Assembly: GCA_038232695.1 (NCBI GenBank)
Contig: JBBSNI010000001.1
Location: forward strand, 1 to 60,386
Direction of reading: 5' to 3'
DNA from: Cytophagales bacterium
GTDB lineage: Bacteria; Bacteroidota; Bacteroidia; Cytophagales; Cyclobacteriaceae
Length of the DNA: 60,386 nucleotides
The translations under genes were made by a program, and so were the position numbers. This document shows, one piece after another, positions 1-8,853 of the stretch (positions are counted from its first letter, which is position 1; each line of letters starts with the position of its first letter). The notes beneath the pieces were generated by a model. The model saw only the letters and a list, made by a program, of their open reading frames with translations, ran no database searches and was not told the DNA's origin.

Positions 1-58
1 AATCCGTGTATAAATCTAACGTGGTTTTCATACTATTAGCAACGTTCAGATTATCCTT

Positions 59-667
59 TTAGCTAACTTTGCGTAACATCAGTAATTTATCTTGTTTTTG
101 CCGGTATTCAATTGTTTCTCCATCCACTTTCTTTTCATTTTGACCTCCTGGATTGATAATCACCTCTTTTTCAAATCCTATTTTATATCCATTTTCGTCT
201 CGTTGAATTATCATGTTTGGGACAATGGTACTTGGATTGTATCCTCTTCCATCAGCAACATCGATCGTCCCAAAATACTTTACTTCTCCAGCTTTTAATT
301 CAAATACTTCTAATCCCCATGAATATTCACTTCCTAATTCAGCGAAAATTAATTTAGTGGAATCTGTAAATTCGTAAAATGAAGGCTTGAATATATAGCT
401 TTCGCCTGCGCCTTTAGAAATGTACTGTATCTTAAATCTTTGATTCTCACGTCGTAGGTAAATCAAACGCAACCCTTCATCATTAGCATCATATTCATCT
501 GGCCTAGCGATTACAATCAAGTCGTTTTCATTTAACTGAATAGTTTTTTGTTCTGAGTATCTCTCTAAATCTACGTTTTCGGCAAAAACTATTGGATGTA
601 TTCTTTTAGGAATCTCCAAAAGAGAATCACTAACAATTAGGACAATTAGGAAAATCAGTGTTATCAT
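59..667 (-). CDS. Hypothetical protein with N-terminal hydrophobic/signal segment; AT-rich, cassette-like
   Basis: 202-aa ORF starting MITLIFLIVLIV; low GC; ATG lies just after the GTTAGCG core-like site at 692-686 (minus strand). Confidence 0.6.
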   Translation of the reverse strand: MITLIFLIVLIVSDSLLEIPKRIHPIVFAENVDLERYSEQKTIQLNENDLIVIARPDEYDANDEGLRLIYLRRENQRFKIQYISKGAGESYIFKPSFYEFTDSTKLIFAELGSEYSWGLEVFELKAGEVKYFGTIDVADGRGYNPSTIVPNMIIQRDENGYKIGFEKEVIINPGGQNEKKVDGETIEYRQKQDKLLMLRKVS

Positions 668-685
668 TTTCTTTATTCAAATTCC

Positions 686-816
686 CGCTAACGGCCAAAG
701 CTAGTAGCTGGCGGGCATTAAAACCTGTTTCACAGTCCACTGACACCAAAGTTTATTAAAAGTAATCAGTTTCAAATTAGCATTTTCTGCCCGCTTGCTT
801 TTAGGTGATGTTGTGC
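686..816 (-). mobile_element. attC-like recombination site (integron-type gene cassette boundary)
   Basis: Minus strand starts GCACAAC (816-810) and ends GTTAGCG (692-686); 131 bp; imperfect inner inverted repeat gctggcgggca / tgcccgcttgc; lies between two co-oriented AT-rich genes. Confidence 0.55.
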
Positions 817-844
817 GTTCGTGTTTAACCATTATTAAAATCTA

Positions 845-1390
845 TCATAAACTTAAAGGTGGTCCCATTACCTTCATGCCGTGAGCAATATGTATTTTTT
901 GTATCTCTTCAGTCGTAGGCGGGTTTGTTAAAGCACTCATCTGACGAAAAAACTCCTCCATCATCCCTGCTGGCTGCACCATATAAGTTAATCTGCCTTT
1001 ATCTGTAAGCTGTATCCATGTATGTGGTATGTTGCGGGGAAGAAAAATTGTATCTCCACTATTCAATTCCATCTTTTCTTCCCCCACCACAAATCGAAAG
1101 ACGCCTTCTGTTACATGAAAGATTTCATCTTGTGAGAAATGTAAATGCAGGGCAGGGCCAACTTTTTCATACCCTATATATTCAAATATACTCAATTGGT
1201 CATCTGTGTCAGTTTTAGAGATTTTAATATCATTTGAATTTGATCCAAATTTAATGCTTTCATTAACGCGGCTTTTGCCCGCACGAACCACAAATGACTT
1301 TTGTGTCCGACTGTTCCTATTTTTTATTTGCGAAAAAGCAAGTAATGGCATTGCTGCCAATGTGGTGGTTAGAAATTTTTTGCGTTTCAT
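845..1390 (-). CDS. Cupin domain protein (quercetinase-like)
   Basis: Cupin motifs GPALHLHFSQDEIFHVTEG and GDTIFLPRNIPH; likely start MKRKKFL at 1390 with a signal-like leader. Confidence 0.8.
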   Translation of the reverse strand: MKRKKFLTTTLAAMPLLAFSQIKNRNSRTQKSFVVRAGKSRVNESIKFGSNSNDIKISKTDTDDQLSIFEYIGYEKVGPALHLHFSQDEIFHVTEGVFRFVVGEEKMELNSGDTIFLPRNIPHTWIQLTDKGRLTYMVQPAGMMEEFFRQMSALTNPPTTEEIQKIHIAHGMKVMGPPLSL

Positions 1391-1464
1391 AATTATGTAA
1401 GTTTTAGAGTTCAAACCTACGACTATGAACAGCGGTAATAGTGGTAAAAACTGGACTTTTTAAT

Positions 1465-2295
1465 TTATATCTCTGCCTCGTCAAAAAAACGTTCGGGAGC
1501 TTTATGATCACTTTCTAAAAATTGATTAGGTGTATAACCGGTAAATTCTTTATAATCTTTTACTAAATGCTGATAATCATAATAACCACAATGTAATGCA
1601 ATGGTTAGCCAGTCCAAATGGGGAAAACGATTTTTCATGCGAAAGGCTTTGTCGAATCGGATAATTTGCAAGTATTGTTTTGGAGATACTCCTATCCGCT
1701 CGATGAACTTGCGGTCAAACTGCCGATGACACAAACAGGATTCCTTAATAAACCTGTCCAAAGAATAACATTCATTTTGCCTGACCATATGCATACTAAT
1801 GAAATCAATAGAATGCTGCCTTATATTACTTTTTTTTATTAATCCGTCTAAAAACTGCTCGATAATTTGTACCATTTCAGTATAGTTTTTGGCACAGTAC
1901 AGTTTTTCGTTTACCAGTCGTGTAATGTTTCCAAAAATATCTTCGGCATCCATATAGGTGTTTGTCAGTTCTGCTGAGGCAATTCCTGTTAAACGGTATA
2001 AAGCACTAGGTTGAAACACAACCTGAAAAGCCAGAAATTCTTTTCCTACTAAGCGATGATTAACCACTGTATGCTGTCCAATGACCGTGGCTTTCTTATT
2101 CGAGACCACAAAATTACTTTCTGGATAAGTCACGGTTTCTGTGTCTTTTGGGTAAAATTGCAGGCAATGTTCTGGTCGGGGTGGATATATCTTGAAGGGT
2201 AACATTGCTCCATCAGGAAAAATGAAATCCACAATTCGATATAACCTGATATATTCGGCTAAAAAAGGACTTGGTATAATTTCAGTTATAACCAT
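1465..2295 (-). CDS. AraC-family transcriptional regulator
   Basis: C-terminal HTH RQFDRKFIERIGVSPKQYLQIIRF...CGYYDYQHLVKDYKEFTGYTP; likely start MVITEIIPS at 2295. Confidence 0.85.
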   Translation of the reverse strand: MVITEIIPSPFLAEYIRLYRIVDFIFPDGAMLPFKIYPPRPEHCLQFYPKDTETVTYPESNFVVSNKKATVIGQHTVVNHRLVGKEFLAFQVVFQPSALYRLTGIASAELTNTYMDAEDIFGNITRLVNEKLYCAKNYTEMVQIIEQFLDGLIKKSNIRQHSIDFISMHMVRQNECYSLDRFIKESCLCHRQFDRKFIERIGVSPKQYLQIIRFDKAFRMKNRFPHLDWLTIALHCGYYDYQHLVKDYKEFTGYTPNQFLESDHKAPERFFDEAEI

Positions 2296-2482
2296 TTTGC
2301 TCAATATTACTGTCTTGATTACCTGACGCACAACATCCATATATACGCAATTGCGCATATATTCACTATAGAAACTTCTGGTTTAGCAGTAAAGTATTTT
2401 AACCCTCACCCCAAACCAGCTATCCTTTCATCACAGCTATATACTACTTTCTGCTAAAATCTGCAACGACAGCTACATAGAC

Positions 2483-2650
2483 TTCTCATTAGGCTTTTTA
2501 CCTAATATACCCACTTCAAAGACGAACCAGTTCACCTTTTTACACAACTGGTTAGGCTTTTTTCCTAACTGACTGAGCTTTTTACCGAACTGGTTCATCT
2601 TTTTACCCCCCACTTTGATATCAGAGGTGGGTGTATGAGGCTTTGTACCG
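2483..2650. repeat. Degenerate 21-bp tandem repeat array (about 8 in-phase units, 6 recognisable)
   Basis: Units such as aaccagttcacctttttacac, aactggttaggcttttttcct, aactgactgagctttttaccg, aactggttcatctttttaccc at a 21-bp period. Confidence 0.75.
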
Positions 2651-2704
2651 GAAATAGGAGCGTATCTGGCTTGTCCCGGATATAGTCGAATAGGGTGAGA
2701 AACA

Positions 2705-2742
2705 AAAAAGCTGGTCGTTATGAGCAACCAGCTTCTTGTTTT
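2705..2742. terminator. Intrinsic terminator downstream of hppA
   Basis: aaaaaagctggt...accagctt hairpin with A/T tails. Confidence 0.6.
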
Positions 2743-2764
2743 GTTTGTCTTGGCATTGAGCCTG

Positions 2765-4984
2765 TTATTGCGCGGTCTCTTCGCTGCCTGCCGGTTGAAG
2801 CAGGATTTCTTTTTGAGGGGTCTGGTCAGGCGTATCGCCCAGTTCCGGGCCATCCAGCGGCTCGGAGATGTGGGGGGCAATGATCAGGGCGACGATAGAC
2901 ATGAGCTTGATCAGGATGTTCATAGAAGGACCGGAAGTGTCTTTGAAGGGGTCGCCTACGGTGTCGCCCGTCACGGAGGCTTTGTGGGCGGCGGAGCCTT
3001 TGTACTCCATTACGCCGTCGATCTCTACACCTTTTTCAAATGACTTTTTGGCATTGTCCCAGGCGCCGCCTGCATTGTTCTGAAAAATACCCATCAGTAC
3101 GCCCGAAACGGTCACACCTGCCAGCAGCCCACCAAGTATTTCGGGCGAAGAGGCGGTAGAAAATACGCCCTTGAGTCCGAAGCCAACCAGTAGCGGTACT
3201 AGCAGGGCGATAGCACCTGGCAGCAGCATCTCGCGGATAGAGGCTTTGGTGGAGATCGCTATGCATTTCTCGTACTCAGGCTTGGCTTTGTATTCCATAA
3301 TGCCCGGAATCTCCCGGAACTGCCTCCTCACTTCGTTGACCATTTCCATCGCAGCTTTGCCTACGGCAGCAATCGCCAGGGAAGAAAAGATAAAGGGGAT
3401 CATGGCACCCACAAATAGGGCGGCCAGCACAGGCGCTTTATAAAGGTCAATGGTTGTAATGCCCGAAATACCCACGAAAGCGGCAAAAAGGGCCAGCGCA
3501 GTCAGGGCAGCCGAAGCGATGGCAAAGCCCTTGCCGGTGGCGGCGGTGGTGTTGCCTACGGCGTCCAGCGTATCGGTGCGGTGGCGTACCTCTTCGGGCA
3601 GCCCACTCATTTCGGCAATACCTCCGGCATTGTCGGCGATCGGGCCAAAGGCGTCGATGGCCAGTTGCATAGCCGTGGTAGCCATCATACCGGCGGCGGC
3701 AATGGCGACGCCGTACAGTCCGGCAAAGCCATACGAAAGAATAATGCCTGCGGCTAATACTAAGATGGGCAATACGGTAGACTCCATGCCTACGGCCAAG
3801 CCGGCAATGATGTTGGTGGCATGCCCGGTAGAAGACTGCCTGACAATAGAGTTGACGGGTCGTTTGCCCATCGCCGTATAATATTCCGTGATGATACTCA
3901 TCAGCGCGCCTACGACCAGCCCTACGGCAATGGCCCAGAAGACGTCCAGCGAATCAAATTCATAGCCCCGCAGGCTGAGGTTGTCGGGCATGAGGTAAGC
4001 CACCAGAAAGTAGGAAGCAATGACGGTCAGGATAATAGATGACCAGTTGCCCATGTTCAGCGCATGCTGTACACTTTGCGTCTGGTCTTTGATCTTTACA
4101 AAAAAGGTTCCTACAATAGAAAAGATCAGCCCGATCCCGGCAATGAGCATAGGCAACAGGATAGGCGCAATGCCTCCAAAATCATCGTCAGATACGATCT
4201 CCCGCCCTAAGACCATCGTGGCCAGGATGGTGGCTACGTAAGAGCCGAACAGGTCGGCGCCCATACCGGCTACGTCGCCTACATTGTCGCCCACATTGTC
4301 GGCAATAGTAGCGGGGTTGCGTACATCATCTTCCGGGATGCCCGCTTCTACTTTTCCGACCAGGTCGGCGCCTACGTCGGCCGCTTTGGTATAGATACCG
4401 CCGCCTACGCGGGCAAACAGGGCAATACTTTCGGCACCCAGGGAAAAGCCTGCCAATACTTCTAAGGCTGTTTCCATTTCCACACCGTTGACCGAAGCGC
4501 CCGTACCAATGACATATACCTGGTACAATACAATAAACACGCTACCCAGCCCCAGCACCGCCAGACCGGCTACGCCCAGCCCCATAACAGAACCACCCGT
4601 AAAAGAAACCTTTAGTGCCTGGGCAAGGCTGGTGCGGGCTGCCTGCGTTGTCCTGACATTGGCTTTGGTGGCGACGTTCATACCAATATAACCGGCCAGG
4701 GCAGAAAGCACCGCGCCGATAATAAAAGAGACAGCAATGAAAGGACTGGAGGTTTCTACCAGTGTGCCGGAATAGGCCAGCAGCAGGGCAGCAATGACGA
4801 CAAAGTAGCTCAGTATTTTCCACTCGGCTCTCAGAAAAGCCATCGCGCCATCAGCAATATATTTAGCCAGTTCCTGCATCTTAGCGTCTCCTGCATCCTG
4901 CTTTTGAATCCAGGAAGAACGTACGCCCATAAAGATCAGGGCGACAATGCCGAAGAGAGGCACTAAAAATATGATCCAATGCAT
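2765..4984 (-). CDS. hppA: Membrane-bound K+-dependent (probably Na+-translocating) pyrophosphatase
   Basis: Signature motifs [41 protein letters not shown]; GNTTAA (Ala) indicates the K+-dependent subfamily. Confidence 0.95.
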   Translation of the reverse strand: MHWIIFLVPLFGIVALIFMGVRSSWIQKQDAGDAKMQELAKYIADGAMAFLRAEWKILSYFVVIAALLLAYSGTLVETSSPFIAVSFIIGAVLSALAGYIGMNVATKANVRTTQAARTSLAQALKVSFTGGSVMGLGVAGLAVLGLGSVFIVLYQVYVIGTGASVNGVEMETALEVLAGFSLGAESIALFARVGGGIYTKAADVGADLVGKVEAGIPEDDVRNPATIADNVGDNVGDVAGMGADLFGSYVATILATMVLGREIVSDDDFGGIAPILLPMLIAGIGLIFSIVGTFFVKIKDQTQSVQHALNMGNWSSIILTVIASYFLVAYLMPDNLSLRGYEFDSLDVFWAIAVGLVVGALMSIITEYYTAMGKRPVNSIVRQSSTGHATNIIAGLAVGMESTVLPILVLAAGIILSYGFAGLYGVAIAAAGMMATTAMQLAIDAFGPIADNAGGIAEMSGLPEEVRHRTDTLDAVGNTTAATGKGFAIASAALTALALFAAFVGISGITTIDLYKAPVLAALFVGAMIPFIFSSLAIAAVGKAAMEMVNEVRRQFREIPGIMEYKAKPEYEKCIAISTKASIREMLLPGAIALLVPLLVGFGLKGVFSTASSPEILGGLLAGVTVSGVLMGIFQNNAGGAWDNAKKSFEKGVEIDGVMEYKGSAAHKASVTGDTVGDPFKDTSGPSMNILIKLMSIVALIIAPHISEPLDGPELGDTPDQTPQKEILLQPAGSEETAQ

Positions 4985-5035
4985 GTAATAGTAATATTTT
5001 TAGGTTTAAGTTTGACCATCCGGTCAATAGCGGTG

Positions 5036-5043
5036 CAAATATA
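5036..5043 (-). promoter_or_regulatory. Bacteroidetes -7 promoter element for hppA
   Basis: TATATTTG on the minus strand matches TAnnTTTG about 50 bp upstream of the ATG. Confidence 0.55.
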
Positions 5044-5179
5044 GGATAAGCAGGGGTTTTAAAAAACGATTTCTGCTTTTCTTGCGCTGGTCGTGGTTTA
5101 CAGAATTTTAGGGCGTATGAGGATGTCTGTAAACATTAGCGGGCGTTGTGCGTTTTTTTGTAAACCAAAGATTTTTTAT

Positions 5180-5323
5180 ATGAATGGATTAGGAAAAATT
5201 GTGGCAGGTGCAGTCAGTGGCTATTTACTCTACAAAGTGGCATCCACCAAAATAGTAAAAGCATATTTGCTGAAAAAAGGCGTTGAGACTGCCTATCATC
5301 TCATCATGCGGAAGCTCCGGTAA
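5180..5323 (+). CDS. Small hypothetical membrane-associated protein (47 aa)
   Basis: MNGLGKIVAGAVSGYLLYKVA... after an A/T-rich leader; hydrophobic N-terminus, basic C-terminus. Confidence 0.5.
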   Translation: MNGLGKIVAGAVSGYLLYKVASTKIVKAYLLKKGVETAYHLIMRKLR

Positions 5324-5459
5324 ATGTGTCCAGGTGCTTAGCTCTGCCTATCACCTTACCATTTTTTACTTGAGCAATTGAGTGCGCCCGGCGCCCGGTT
5401 GAATGTTGAATGTTTTAAACACTCAATGCTCAAGGACGGCTAACAACAAGTGCTGACTC

Positions 5460-6470
5460 TTATTCAGCAGCCGACTCATTCAACTCTGCCAGTTCGCCTT
5501 CGTAGCTTGTCTGTACTTCGTAGGCTTCCAGCCCTTTTTCGCGCAGCCAGCGGCTGAAAGAAGCCGTGTAGCCGTGCGTCACATATACCCGGCTGGCGCC
5601 GGTAGCTTCTATGGCACGGTTCAGCCCGGGCCAGTCGGCATGGTCGGAGAGGACGAAACCCCGGTCGGCGGCTTTGCGGCGGCGGGCGCCCCGGATGTTC
5701 ATCCACCCGGAGGCAATGCCTGTGCTCAAAGGCTTGAGTTTGTGTATCCAGGGGCTGTTCAGAGCCGAAGGCGGTGCAATGATCAGGCTTTGTCTGAGCG
5801 TTTCGCGGTCTGTCTGTGCGGTAAGTCTGGAACCACCCTCAAATACAGCCCCATCGGCAAGCAATGCTTCATTCACGTTGGCGACGGCTCCATGTACGTA
5901 TACACGTCCTATGCTGTGGTCTATGTTTTTAAGGATACGCTGCGCTTTGCCTAAAGCATATGCGGCAACAACCGAAGCCTTGCCTTCCTGCTGGTTGCTG
6001 CGCCACCACTGGCCAAACACTTCTGCCGGGTCTTTCCAACGGTACACGGGCATCCCAAACGTAGATTCTGTGATAAACGTGTGGCATTGCACCGGCTCAA
6101 ACGGCGCACTGAGTCCATCCTCTTCCAGCTTATAATCGCCCGACACCGCCCAGGTTTCTCCCTGGTAAGAAAGGCGCACCTGCGCAGAGCCTATGATATG
6201 ACCGGCAGGATGCAGGCTGATCTCCACACCGTTGATCGTGACCTGCTGCCCGTAAGTCAGGGTTTCCAGCCGGATATGACTTCCCAGCCGGTACCGCAAG
6301 ATAGTGGCACTATCCTGATGCGCCAGGTAGTATTGTGTTCCCGGACGGGCATGGTCGGCGTGCGCATGTGTCAGGATGGCTTTGGCGACAGGTTTCCAGG
6401 GATCTATGTACAAATCTGCCTGCTGACAATAAAGCCCTTCGGCAGTAAAGACGATCAGGTTGTTTGGCAT
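5460..6470 (-). CDS. Ligase-associated DNA damage response exonuclease (MBL/beta-CASP fold)
   Basis: Motifs THAHADH, PAGHIIGSAQ, ITESTFG, LSDHADW, VTHG; likely start MPNNLIVFT at 6470. Confidence 0.88.
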   Translation of the reverse strand: MPNNLIVFTAEGLYCQQADLYIDPWKPVAKAILTHAHADHARPGTQYYLAHQDSATILRYRLGSHIRLETLTYGQQVTINGVEISLHPAGHIIGSAQVRLSYQGETWAVSGDYKLEEDGLSAPFEPVQCHTFITESTFGMPVYRWKDPAEVFGQWWRSNQQEGKASVVAAYALGKAQRILKNIDHSIGRVYVHGAVANVNEALLADGAVFEGGSRLTAQTDRETLRQSLIIAPPSALNSPWIHKLKPLSTGIASGWMNIRGARRRKAADRGFVLSDHADWPGLNRAIEATGASRVYVTHGYTASFSRWLREKGLEAYEVQTSYEGELAELNESAAE

Positions 6471-6681
6471 GAAAAGATAAGGGAGATGAGGCGGGAATTG
6501 TTTATGAAGCGGGAGGTAAATGAGGTAGGAAGTAAGAAGAATGTACATTCTTACCTCTTACCTTTAATCAGTTAAAAAACCACTCATTTAAGGTTGAAGC
6601 ATTTCTAAGCTGGAACACAACGGGATACGGTTCTACTTTGCCAGCCTTTATTGAGGGTATTACTTTAAACAAAGCACAGAC

Positions 6682-7371
6682 ATGGTAAAATATTATTTGT
6701 ACCTCAACAAACTCACCCCAGACCCGCTTGACTATGCAGCCAGGGTCGTGGATGTAAAGCCTTATTACCTGGATGATGTGATCAAGATCATGATCCGGGA
6801 GGGCAAGACCCTGACCGAAGAAGAAGCCCGCAGCGCTTACCTGGCCTTGGAGAAAGCCTTGCGTGAGATCACAGAAGAAGGCGGCAGCATCAATTTATCT
6901 ATCCTGAGCACGGGCTACAGCATAGGCGGGGTCTTCTATGCCGATGATGAGGTATTGGTGCCTGGCAAACACACTTTTAATGTCAATGCTTATCCCGGAG
7001 AGGTGCTCACAGAGGCTGCCAAGAAGGTAAAGCTCAAGCGTGTGGATGGCAGAGAGTACAGCCCTGGGCCGCGTAAACTCACCGACATTAGCAGCAACAC
7101 CACCAACGAAGGGCTTACGCCGGGCAACATGGCTTGCCTGAAAGGAAAGAACCTGAGCTTTAACACCGAAGATGCCGAAGAAGGGATATTCCTGGTTAAT
7201 GACAAGGGCGTAGCCACCAAGGTAGAACAGATCGCCCGCAACAAGCCTTCGGAGGTAGTCTTCCTGGTGCCTCAAAATCTGGCAGCAGGCAGCTATGCCC
7301 TGGAAGTGCGCAACAGAAGCTACAAAGAGATTGTGCCGGGCAGGCTAAAGCATCCGCTGACGGTGAACTAA
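6682..7371 (+). CDS. HU-like DNA-binding domain + DUF4469 (Ig-like) protein
   Basis: N-terminal YLYLNKLTPDPLDYAARV...GGSINL..SIGGVF pattern; C-terminal LTPG...LKGKNL...GIFL...NKPSEVVFLVP...GSYALEV, typical of Bacteroidetes HU-DNA_bdg/DUF4469 proteins. Confidence 0.8.
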   Translation: MVKYYLYLNKLTPDPLDYAARVVDVKPYYLDDVIKIMIREGKTLTEEEARSAYLALEKALREITEEGGSINLSILSTGYSIGGVFYADDEVLVPGKHTFNVNAYPGEVLTEAAKKVKLKRVDGREYSPGPRKLTDISSNTTNEGLTPGNMACLKGKNLSFNTEDAEEGIFLVNDKGVATKVEQIARNKPSEVVFLVPQNLAAGSYALEVRNRSYKEIVPGRLKHPLTVN

Positions 7372-7380
7372 TGGGTGCTG

Positions 7381-7492
7381 CTTTGGGTCTGTGAGACCGG
7401 GCCTCGGCGGCACAGACCCAGGGTTGGTGAGACCGGCAGCGGCCCCCGCCGGGTTCGCCACTGCGGGCCCCGGCGGCACAGAACCAGGGTTT
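7381..7492. repeat. REP-like GC-rich palindromic repeat cluster
   Basis: Hairpin tgggtctgtg(7384-93)...cacagaccca(7411-20); partial repeats ggcggcacagaaccagggtt; 24/26 identity to 52396-52421. Confidence 0.7.
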
Positions 7493-7521
7493 ATAAGATA
7501 TTGTTTACTGATAAAATAGAA

Positions 7522-7549
7522 GAAACCGGCTATGTTTGCCGGTTTTTTT
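7522..7549 (+). terminator. Intrinsic terminator after the HU-like gene
   Basis: aaaccggc-tatgttt-gccggttt followed by a T run. Confidence 0.75.
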
Positions 7550-7600
7550 ATGCCCATACCCTACAGGCAGATAGGGGGCTGAGCCGGTAGAAAAACACCT

Positions 7601-7786
7601 TGCCTACTACTATACCCACATCGTGTATAGTAGTATCCAGACACCTGGCATAGTAGCATCCAGACATCTGCTATAGTAGTGTCCGAACATCTTGTATAGT
7701 AGTAGGCAGACACCCGCTATAGTAGTAGGCAGATACTTTGTACAGTAGTATCCGCGTATTTTGTATAGTAGTATCTACTGGTCTGC
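7601..7786. repeat. Array of seven 23-bp direct repeats preceded by an inverted copy
   Basis: Units at 7626, 7649, 7672, 7695, 7718, 7741 and 7764 all start with about TATAGTAGTA; tgcctactactata (7601-7614) is the reverse complement of the start of units 4/5. Confidence 0.9.
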
Positions 7787-7950
7787 TACACCAGCAGGTA
7801 GGTACATATGCTATCTATAAGGCTCTTTCTTTTTATGGCTTGGGCTGTGTCTGGCTGAGTCTATGTAAGATTTGCGGTTGGTTTGTCAACTGTGTACTGA
7901 AAAACTTTACGTTTTAGCGTTTTGGATACACTGTTTTCCGGTAACGATAA

Positions 7951-8217
7951 GACAATGATGCAGCAGCCGTACTCTATCATAACCCTGCTGAGGAAGAGGT
8001 AACGCTGCAATTTGCCCGGCAGGGAGATTATGTTGTTGAACTGCTGGATGAAAAAGGCAATAAGCTATTCAGCCAGAAGGTCAGGAAGACTGACCAGGCA
8101 AGCTTTAACATAAGTAAATACCCAAAAGGCACTTACTATTTCAATATCTTTACACAAGATGATCAGATCGTAAAACGTTTGTATATTAAACATTATTCTG
8201 ATTTTTTTATATGGTAA
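7951..8217 (+). pseudogene. Orphan T9SS type-A C-terminal sorting domain fragment
   Basis: Open frame with no ATG: ...VLYHNPAEEEVTLQF...ELLDEKGNKL...FNISKYPKGTYYFNI...KRLYIK; in-frame TAA at 7948-7950 just upstream. Confidence 0.7.
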
Positions 8218-8274
8218 AAGCTTGACTATCAGTCCTGTAAAAAATCAGAATAACCTCTATTAAATAATAAGAAC

Positions 8275-8817
8275 ATGAAAACTTATTATTACTTGTTCAT
8301 ACTTTTCCTCTCTATTATGAGTTGCAAAGAGGAAGAAACAGGAGGAATACCTGTGATGTTTAGCAACTACTTTCAGATCGTAGATGCTGCTACGGGTAAA
8401 GATTGGTTCCTCACCCATCCAAACTACAACTTAGATAGCATTAAACTATTTGCTTATGACCAGTCTAACGATCTGATACCTTTAGAGCTATCTCATCAGC
8501 AGCTTAATGATAAGCTTGTGTTCGGTCCATTTCTTCGTGTCAACTCTTTTCCGATAGAGTCGCTGTATCTTTTGCAACTCAATGCTGAGGATACTGATAC
8601 TATACGATGGGTCAGCCCGGCATGTCATAAATGCGATGGAAAGTATCTGGGTACGGAAAGCTTTATTTTCTACTACAATGGCAAGCGCTAAGCCCATCTT
8701 GACTTTAGCATAGACGAGACTAAATATCCTGATGGAACTATTGTCAACGAATTAGCTGAGACTAACAATAGTCTGACAGACAGTACTTTTGTAATGCGCT
8801 TTGAGAAGGAAGAGTAG
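8275..8817 (+). pseudogene. Lipoprotein, probably interrupted by an in-frame TAA at 8689-8691
   Basis: Lipobox LSIMSC; the frame stays open for 41 more codons (AHLDFSIDETK...MRFEKEE) to TAG at 8817. Confidence 0.55.
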
Positions 8818-8853
8818 CAAAAAGAAGCGATAGGGGGGTAAGAAACAAACAAA

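Noticed and set aside
2473-2880. 135-aa ORF with GKKxNQ heptads
   Set aside because: It overlaps the hppA 3' end and crosses its terminator; the periodicity is explained by the 21-bp DNA repeat.
7345-7590. Short ORFs on both strands (70-71 aa)
   Set aside because: They are translations of the REP-like palindromes and the terminator.
7626-7786. CRISPR array
   Set aside because: The period is only 23 bp, the variable parts are related to each other rather than unique spacers, and no cas genes are in the window.
8622-8636. Heme c-binding motif in the lipoprotein (CHKCD)
   Set aside because: It is CxxC followed by Asp, not CxxCH.
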